Below, in pieces: positions 62,501 to 64,000 of a stretch of DNA of 64,000 bases (its first letter is position 1; each line of letters begins with the position of its first letter). Source of the stretch: Macrostomum lignano (lineage: Eukaryota); assembly GCA_002269645.1 (NCBI GenBank), contig NIVC01000433.1:62001-126000 (forward strand), written 5' to 3'. The notes under the pieces were generated by a model. The model saw only the letters and a program-made list of their open reading frames with translations. It ran no database searches and was not told the origin of the DNA. A program made the position numbers and the translations under genes.

Positions 62501-64000
62501 ACAAAGCCTCAAACAGACTGAGAGAGCTGCTTCAGTTCTGTTTGTAGGTTATGTGGACCATTTAAGAGCCAGAGCCTCAAACAGACAGAGAAATCTGTTC
62601 GAGTTGTGTCTGTATGTTAGGTGGACCAGCTATTCTACAGCACTTCTAGGCGATAATCTGAGCCAGGAATCTCCGAGAGCCTCTCGTTACACATCCAGAT
62701 GTTCTGCCTTGATGCTGGACTAGCTCACTTTCTAGCATACATGCGCAACAGTCGGCCGAGTCGGCCGATCCGGCCGACCGATTTGGCGGCCAACCAAGGT
62801 AAGTCGCAAAAATGCCCACCCGAAAGAATCATACGTAGTACTAATTAGATGACGAGGCATTTAGCCCTTATAAGACAGTTATAGTTACTCCTGCTGTTTA
62901 CCCAAAATTGCGTTAATTTTGCTTAAGGGTTTCTTTTACAGGTAAGTCGCATTTTTGGCCAAAAACTACGTCGCATTTTTTGTTAAAACTAAGTCGCACG
63001 GCCGACCGAATTTTGGAGGTTGCGCATGTATGCTTTCTAGGAATCTGTTCTGATTGCATTCTAACAAACTGAAGCATTCTCGGCACTAAACTTTCTCAGC
63101 GGCTCTGAGAGCCAGAGCCTTAAACAGACAGAAATCTGTTCGAGTTGTGTCTGTAGGTTAGATGGACCAGCTATTCTACAGCACTTCTAGGCGATAATCT
63201 GAGCCAGGAATCTCCAAGAGCCTCTCGTTACACATCCAGATGTTCTGCCTTGATGCTGGACTAGCTCACTTTCTAGGAATCTGTTCTGATTGCATTCTAA
63301 CAAACTGAAGCATTCTCGGACTAAACTTTCTCGGCGGCTCTGAGAGCCAGAGCCTCAAACAGACAGAGAAATCTGTTCGAGTTGTGTCTGTAGGTTAGGT
63401 GGACCAGCTATTCTACAGCACTTCTAGGCGATAATCTGAGCAGGAATCTCGAGAGCCTCTCGTTACACATCCAGATGTTCTGCCTTGATGCTGGACTAGC
63501 TCACTTTCTAGGAATCTGTTCTGATTACATTCTAACAAACTGAAGCATTCTCGCACTAAACTTTCTCAGCGGCTCTGAGATCCAGAGCCTCAAACAGACA
63601 GAAATCTGTTCGAGTTGTGTCTGTAGGTTAGGTGGACCAGCTACTCCACAGCACTTCTAGGCGATAATCCGAGCCAGGAATCTCCGAGAGCCTCTCGTTA
63701 CACATCCAGATGTTCTGCCTTGATGCTGGACTAGCTCACTTTCTAGGAATCTGTTCTGATTGCATTCTAACAAACTGAAGCATTTTCTGCACTAAACTTT
63801 CTCGGTGGCTCTAAGAGCCAGAGCCTAAACAGACAGAGAAATCTGCTCGAGTTGTGTCTGTAGGTTAGGTGGACCACCTTCTGAGAGACAAAGCCTCAAA
63901 CAGACTGAGAGAGCTGCTTCAGTTCTGTTTGTAGGTTATGTGGACCATTTAAGAGCCAGAGCCTCAAACAGACAGAGAAATCTGTTCGAGTTGTGTCTGT
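59550..64000. repeat. Satellite array of 236-238-bp monomers interspersed with 70- and 68-bp sub-monomers; runs off the window
   Basis: The anchor cagagcct/caaagcct recurs at 59641, 59879, 60117, 60353, 60423, 60491, 60729, 60802, 60870, 61108, 61346, 61582, 61820, 62056, 62126, 62194, 62432, 62502, 62570, 63113 and onward. Confidence 0.97.
62736..63032. mobile_element. 297-bp MITE (hAT- or P-like) inserted in the satellite
   Basis: Perfect 14-bp TIR CATACATGCGCAAC and perfect 8-bp TSD CTTTCTAG (62728-62735, 63033-63040). Neighbouring monomers show the empty site. Confidence 0.95.

Overview
Eukaryotic (animal) genomic DNA, not prokaryotic. It has GC-rich spliced exons in AT-rich introns that are packed with micro- and minisatellites and transposon debris. 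The composition suggests a Macrostomum-like flatworm, but that is inference only. I rebuilt the spliced gene models by hand from GT-AG boundaries and codon phase. They are: a 7-exon, ~880-aa secreted NDNF/Nord-like gene (+, 7178-20266); a complete 9-exon TMEM135 gene (-, 47642-37045) carrying two in-phase homologous versions of exon 3; an upstream partial TMEM135 paralog (exons 7-9) whose last exon shares a ~98%-identical tract with the first copy; two orphan 2-exon genes (-); and a terminal exon at the left edge. Mobile elements include an RTE-type LINE with an 11-bp TSD and a young 5'-truncated LOA/R1-type LINE with an intact RT-RNase H frame. There are also Gypsy and MULE remnants, internally deleted Harbinger and Tc1 elements, several MITEs and two tRNA-derived SINE-like heads. 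The right 4.4 kb is a 238/70/68-bp satellite with ~1.7-kb higher-order structure, interrupted by a MITE with a perfect 8-bp TSD. Most long ORFs in the supplied track are repeat artefacts. All protein-family calls come from recalled motifs, not from database searches.
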